A stretch of DNA of 29,188 bases, taken from assembly GCA_043816785.1 (NCBI GenBank), contig JBDRHP010000102.1:1-29188 (forward strand). The letters run 5' to 3'. The position numbers were made by a program, and so were the translations under genes. This stretch comes from Candidatus Margulisiibacteriota bacterium. GTDB taxonomy: Bacteria > Margulisbacteria > WOR-1 > O2-12-FULL-45-9. How positions within the stretch are numbered: the first letter of the stretch is position 1; each line of letters opens with the position of its first letter. Shown here piece by piece: positions 25,570 to 29,188 of this stretch. Under the pieces are notes generated by a model, which worked only from the letters and a program-made list of their open reading frames with translations, was not told the origin of the DNA and searched no databases.

Positions 25570-26730
25570 CTATTTCTTTAACTTCTTAACTGCCTCATCA
25601 GGAACAATGCTGTTAGCTGCCTTAACCTCGTAACCCAGCTTGTTAAGCTTTTCGATCATTTCTTTGCTCTTTAAACCCAGCTCTTTTGCTAATTCATGGA
25701 CTTTAATTTTTACTTCAGCCTCTGCTTCAGCCCTCTTAGCCTTTAGCTCTGCTATAGCCTTCTTACCCCTTTTCATCCCCTCTTTTTCTTTCTCTGCCCC
25801 TTCAGCCGATAGAATGTCTATCTTCCAGCCAGTTAGTTTAACCGCTAACCTGACATTTTGGCCCTCTTTGCCGATTGCCAGCGACAGCTCTTTTTCTGGC
25901 ACGTAAACTTCAGCTGATTTTGCCTCTTCGTTGAGTACAACTTTGGTTACCTTGGCCGGGCTTAATGAGTGGGTAATGAAGGTCACCGGATTATCACTCC
26001 ACTCAATGATATCAACACGTTCTGGCCCTAATTCCCGGACAATGTTTTGGATCCGGGCACCCATATGGCCAACACAAGTGCCAACCGCGCCGATCTTCTT
26101 ATCGTTGGAAAAAACAGCTATTTTGGTCCTTCTGCCTGGCTCACGGGCCATGCCTTTTATTTCAAGAATTCCTTCTTTTAATTCCGGAACTTCCATCTCA
26201 AAAAGCCTTTTGATCAAGCCCGGGTGTGCCCTGGATACCACCACAAAAGGTCCTTTTGGGGTCTTTTTAGTTTCAACAACATAGAGTTTGACCCGATCTC
26301 GTTCCCTCAAGGTTTCGCCCGGGATCTGTTCCGCGGCTGACAAAACAGTCTCGATCCGACCCAAATTGATCAGATATCCGCCGTACTCACGCCGTTGAAC
26401 AATTCCGGTGATGAGTATGCCCTGTTTGTGAGTGAATTCGTCGAAAGCTTCATCCTTTTCCGCTTCACGGATGCGCTGGATAATTACCTGTTTCGCTGTT
26501 TGCGCTGCTAGCCGTCCGAAATCCTTGGGAGTGACATCTTTTTCATCCAGTAATATTCTGAACACGCCATCATCGGTTATGTCTACGGACAGGTTCTCTT
26601 CTTCTTCCTTAAATCTCTTTTTAGCAGCAGAAAGCAGCGCGGCTTTAATAGCTTCTAGCAAAGCTTCCTTGTGAATCCCTCTTTCTCGCTGGATTTCCTC
26701 CAACATTTCATGAAATCTCTCGATTTTCAT
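25570..26730 (-). CDS. nusA: Transcription factor NusA with C-terminal IF2_N-like domain
   Basis: FGRLAAQTAKQV, S1 domain, KH domains (AREPG.RTKIAV, LSLAIGKEGQNVRLA). Confidence 0.95.
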   Translation of the reverse strand: MKIERFHEMLEEIQRERGIHKEALLEAIKAALLSAAKKRFKEEEENLSVDITDDGVFRILLDEKDVTPKDFGRLAAQTAKQVIIQRIREAEKDEAFDEFTHKQGILITGIVQRREYGGYLINLGRIETVLSAAEQIPGETLRERDRVKLYVVETKKTPKGPFVVVSRAHPGLIKRLFEMEVPELKEGILEIKGMAREPGRRTKIAVFSNDKKIGAVGTCVGHMGARIQNIVRELGPERVDIIEWSDNPVTFITHSLSPAKVTKVVLNEEAKSAEVYVPEKELSLAIGKEGQNVRLAVKLTGWKIDILSAEGAEKEKEGMKRGKKAIAELKAKRAEAEAEVKIKVHELAKELGLKSKEMIEKLNKLGYEVKAANSIVPDEAVKKLKK

Positions 26731-26744
26731 CGAACCCCCTCCCT

Positions 26745-26782
26745 AAAAAACAAAAAGTGGGAGTTTCCCCCACTTGTTTTTT
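26745..26782 (-). promoter_or_regulatory. rimP-leader-like attenuator hairpin in the nusA 5' UTR
   Basis: AAGTGGG-GGAAACT-CCCACTTTTTGTTTTT between the promoter and the SD. Confidence 0.65.
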
Positions 26783-26790
26783 GCATAAGT

Positions 26791-26819
26791 ATTATAGCAA
26801 CCGCCCACTTTATTGTCAA
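26791..26819 (-). promoter_or_regulatory. Consensus sigma70 promoter of the nusA-infB operon
   Basis: TTGACA-17 bp-TATAAT with TG extension. Confidence 0.85.
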
Positions 26820-26843
26820 TATCCTCACCAGTTTGTAGGCACT

Positions 26844-26904
26844 TGTCATTCCCGCGAAAGCGGGAATCCAATACTCTGGATGCCCGATCAAGTCGGGCAT
26901 GACA
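26844..26904. repeat. CGTC-type/dRS3-like palindromic doublet, copy 3
   Basis: TGTCATTCCCGCGAAAGCGGGAATCCA-N6-TGGATGCCCGATCAAGTCGGGCATGACA. Confidence 0.88.
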
Positions 26905-26905
26905 C

Positions 26906-26937
26906 AAAAGAAAAGGGCCCCGGTTCTCGGGGCCCTT
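26906..26937 (-). terminator. Intrinsic terminator of groESL
   Basis: AAGGGCCCCG-AGAAC-CGGGGCCCTT followed by TTCTTTT. Confidence 0.8.
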
Positions 26938-26942
26938 CTAAA

Positions 26943-26974
26943 ACAACAGTACTACTGAACTACAGCACTACTAG
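26943..26974. repeat. Degenerate 8-bp tandem repeat, 4 units
   Basis: ACAACAGT ACTACTGA ACTACAGC ACTACTAG. Confidence 0.5.
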
Positions 26975-26978
26975 CTGA

Positions 26979-28640
<1,662 letters not shown>

Positions 28641-28650
28641 TCACACCTCC

Positions 28651-28944
28651 TTACTTTTTTATAGCCAAAATATCTCTTTCTGACAAGATGATATATTCTT
28701 CGTTCTCGATCTTGACCTCAGTTCCGCCGTACTTGCTGTAGATAATGTTATCGCCAATTTTAACTTCTAACGGAACCTTTTGGCCATTATCCAGGATCCT
28801 GCCGCTGCCAACTGCTACAACCTTGCCTTCAGAAGGCTTTTCTTTGGCGGAATCCGGCAAAACTATCCCGGACTTGGTCTTTAGTTCTTCTGGATCTGGT
28901 TTAACAACTGCTCTATCCCCAATTGGGGTTAAATTCTTACCCAT
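28651..28944 (-). CDS. groS: Co-chaperonin GroES
   Basis: [29 protein letters not shown]. Confidence 0.97.
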   Translation of the reverse strand: MGKNLTPIGDRAVVKPDPEELKTKSGIVLPDSAKEKPSEGKVVAVGSGRILDNGQKVPLEVKIGDNIIYSKYGGTEVKIENEEYIILSERDILAIKK

Positions 28945-28965
28945 ACTTTCACCTCCTTGGAATTA

Positions 28966-28992
28966 TTAGCACTCAACCTTGTAGAGTGCTAA
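28966..28992. promoter_or_regulatory. CIRCE (HrcA operator)
   Basis: Perfect TTAGCACTC-N9-GAGTGCTAA upstream of groS. Confidence 0.95.
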
Positions 28993-29021
28993 TAATAGCA
29001 TGGGGGAAGGATGGATGTCAA
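28992..29021 (-). promoter_or_regulatory. Sigma70 promoter of groESL
   Basis: TTGACA-18 bp-TATTAT with TG extension, abutting CIRCE. Confidence 0.7.
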
Positions 29022-29030
29022 GGGGGCGCA

Positions 29031-29188
29031 ATGTTTTGTAGCACCAAAAAAGAAAAATATGCGGACTTCCGCCCTGCCTTTGCCGCGGAGAAGCTTCTGG
29101 AATTGGATAAGATCAAGTTGAGCGATGAAACAGTTCGCCGGCTCATGATCGCCGCCAGTCTCTGGAAAGAAAGGAAAAGGAAGGCGAC
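29031..29188 (+). pseudogene. N-terminally truncated IS1202/ISNCY-like transposase fragment, runs off the right edge
   Basis: KEKYADFRPAFAAEKLLELDKIKLSDETVRRLMIAASLWKERKRK resembles the internal Y.DFGPT.A.EKL...S.ET.R..M...GLW motif; the expected upstream N-terminal region is absent. Confidence 0.65.

Overview
Bacterial core-genome window. Gene order is Firmicutes-like (comF-hpf-secA-prfB-DUF5693-csaB-tagA) with a CIRCE upstream of groESL. A Terrabacteria lineage such as Margulisbacteria/Saganbacteria is my low-confidence guess. Coding content: 5' part of purC, a TagA-CsaB-DUF5693 envelope cluster, prfB (no frameshift), secA, hpf, comF, an AlbA_2/HTH protein, a sugar-phosphate block (tpiA, fba, two convergent pfk, NUDIX, pgm, pgi), ligA, a DUF559 nuclease, nusA-infB-rbfA-nrnA-truB, groESL and a transposase remnant. 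The unusual material is intergenic. (1) There are nine copies of a covarying hairpin with a TRAAC loop, eight in inverted pairs, and three carry an identical 42-bp element inserted at the same loop position. (2) The DUF559 gene is bracketed by inverted composite palindromic ends, forming a 475-bp cassette that supplies the truB stop codon and probably the ligA Shine-Dalgarno. (3) There are three CGTC/dRS3-like palindromic doublets. Also notable: a shared sigma28-like motif before the NUDIX gene and pgm, and a NusA with a C-terminal IF2_N-like domain. All calls come from manual reading; no searches were run.
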